DNA of 36,901 bases from Octopus bimaculoides (lineage: Eukaryota): the NCBI RefSeq assembly GCF_001194135.2, contig NC_068998.1:49690227-49727127 (forward strand). The letters are read 5' to 3'. The position numbers were made by a program, and so were the translations under genes. Shown here one piece after another: positions 35,858 to 36,901 of the stretch (within the stretch, counting starts at the first letter, position 1; each line of letters opens with the position of its first letter). The notes beneath the pieces are model-generated. The model was not told the DNA's origin and made no database searches. It saw nothing but the letters and a program-made list of their open reading frames with translations.

Positions 35858-36350
35858 NNNNNNNNNNNNNNNNNNNNNNNNNNNNNNNNNNNNNNNNNNN
35901 NNNNNNNNNNNNNNNNNNNNNNNNNNNNNNNNNNNNNNNNNNNNNNNNNNNNNNNNNNNNNNNNNNNNNNNNNNNNNNNNNNNNNNNNNNNNNNNNNNNN
36001 NNNNNNNNNNNNNNNNNNNNNNNNNNNNNNNNNNNNNNNNNNNNNNNNNNNNNNNNNNNNNNNNNNNNNNNNNNNNNNNNNNNNNNNNNNNNNNNNNNNN
36101 NNNNNNNNNNNNNNNNNNNNNNNNNNNNNNNNNNNNNNNNNNNNNNNNNNNNNNNNNNNNNNNNNNNNNNNNNNNNNNNNNNNNNNNNNNNNNNNNNNNN
36201 NNNNNNNNNNNNNNNNNNNNNNNNNNNNNNNNNNNNNNNNNNNNNNNNNNNNNNNNNNNNNNNNNNNNNNNNNNNNNNNNNNNNNNNNNNNNNNNNNNNN
36301 NNNNNNNNNNNNNNNNNNNNNNNNNNNNNNNNNNNNNNNNNNNNNNNNNN

Positions 36351-36393
<43 letters not shown>

Positions 36394-36684
36394 CATATAT
36401 TTTTATACACCTACATGTTTGCAGGTTATAACTTTTCAAAGACTTAGAATATAGGGTAGTACGCAGAGAGAATGTTGTCTTTAGTATTTCTGTTGTCTAT
36501 CTTTAGTTAAATTTCCAAATTTTTGTATTTTCTTGCTGTTTTTGCCTATTGTGTTTTATTTTCTCCCTTCATTTTCAAACAAATGTTTTTAATTTCATAT
36601 TTGTACAAGTGTCGAAATATTTATTATAAACATCATTTCTAACAAGCATAAATTGTTGCTGGTGAAGAGAGCGTGCAGTTTAAA

Positions 36685-36796
36685 GCTTTAAGGATTTTCG
36701 CTCAATAAACGCTCACAACGCCCGGTTTGGCAATCGAAATCGCGATCCTATGACCGTGAGTCCACTGCCCTAACCACTGGGCCATTGCGCCTCCAG
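36685..36796 (-). mobile_element. 5' portion (tRNA head) of a family A SINE
   Basis: Reverse complement of GGAGGCGCAATGGCCCAGTGGTTAGGGCAG...TTATTGAGCGAAAA. Confidence 0.85.
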
Positions 36797-36901
36797 AGGT
36801 GGAGCATTAGTTGCTCCATAAACAGTATGTCTACGAGGTGGAACAGCATTTGATAGCCTAGTTGGACACGCGAAATATATATATATATATATATATATAT
36901 A

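Noticed and set aside
36425-36460. TTTGCAG|GT after the last gap as an exon of paralog 5
   Set aside because: The required phase-2 frame hits TAA at once, and there is no Cys pattern.

Overview
AT-rich, microsatellite-dense animal genomic DNA with nine N-gaps. The repeat content (tRNA-derived SINEs, mariner/Tc1, Penelope and R4/Dong relics, abundant microsatellites) resembles an Octopus/coleoid genome; this is inference from recalled repeat families, not a search result. Almost none of the supplied ORFs is a real gene: they are microsatellite read-through, gap artefacts or transposon relics. The main content is missed by the ORF track because the exons are only 24-100 nt. It is a head-to-tail, plus-strand tandem array of at least five paralogous multi-exon genes (ATGs at 643, 7290, 14105, 21313, 34074). 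Each encodes a small (about 80-107 aa) secreted protein with a signal peptide and a six-cysteine framework C-x7-C-x16-C-x8-C-x7-C-x11-C. Exons 1-3 are exactly 37, 100 and 88 nt with intron phases 1, 2 and 0 in all four complete copies, while mature sequences are only about 40% identical by hand alignment. I do not recognise the family. Introns and spacers carry decayed RTE-like, Penelope-like, R4/Dong-like, Tc1 and mariner elements, many SINEs, and several minimal hammerhead-ribozyme-like motifs.
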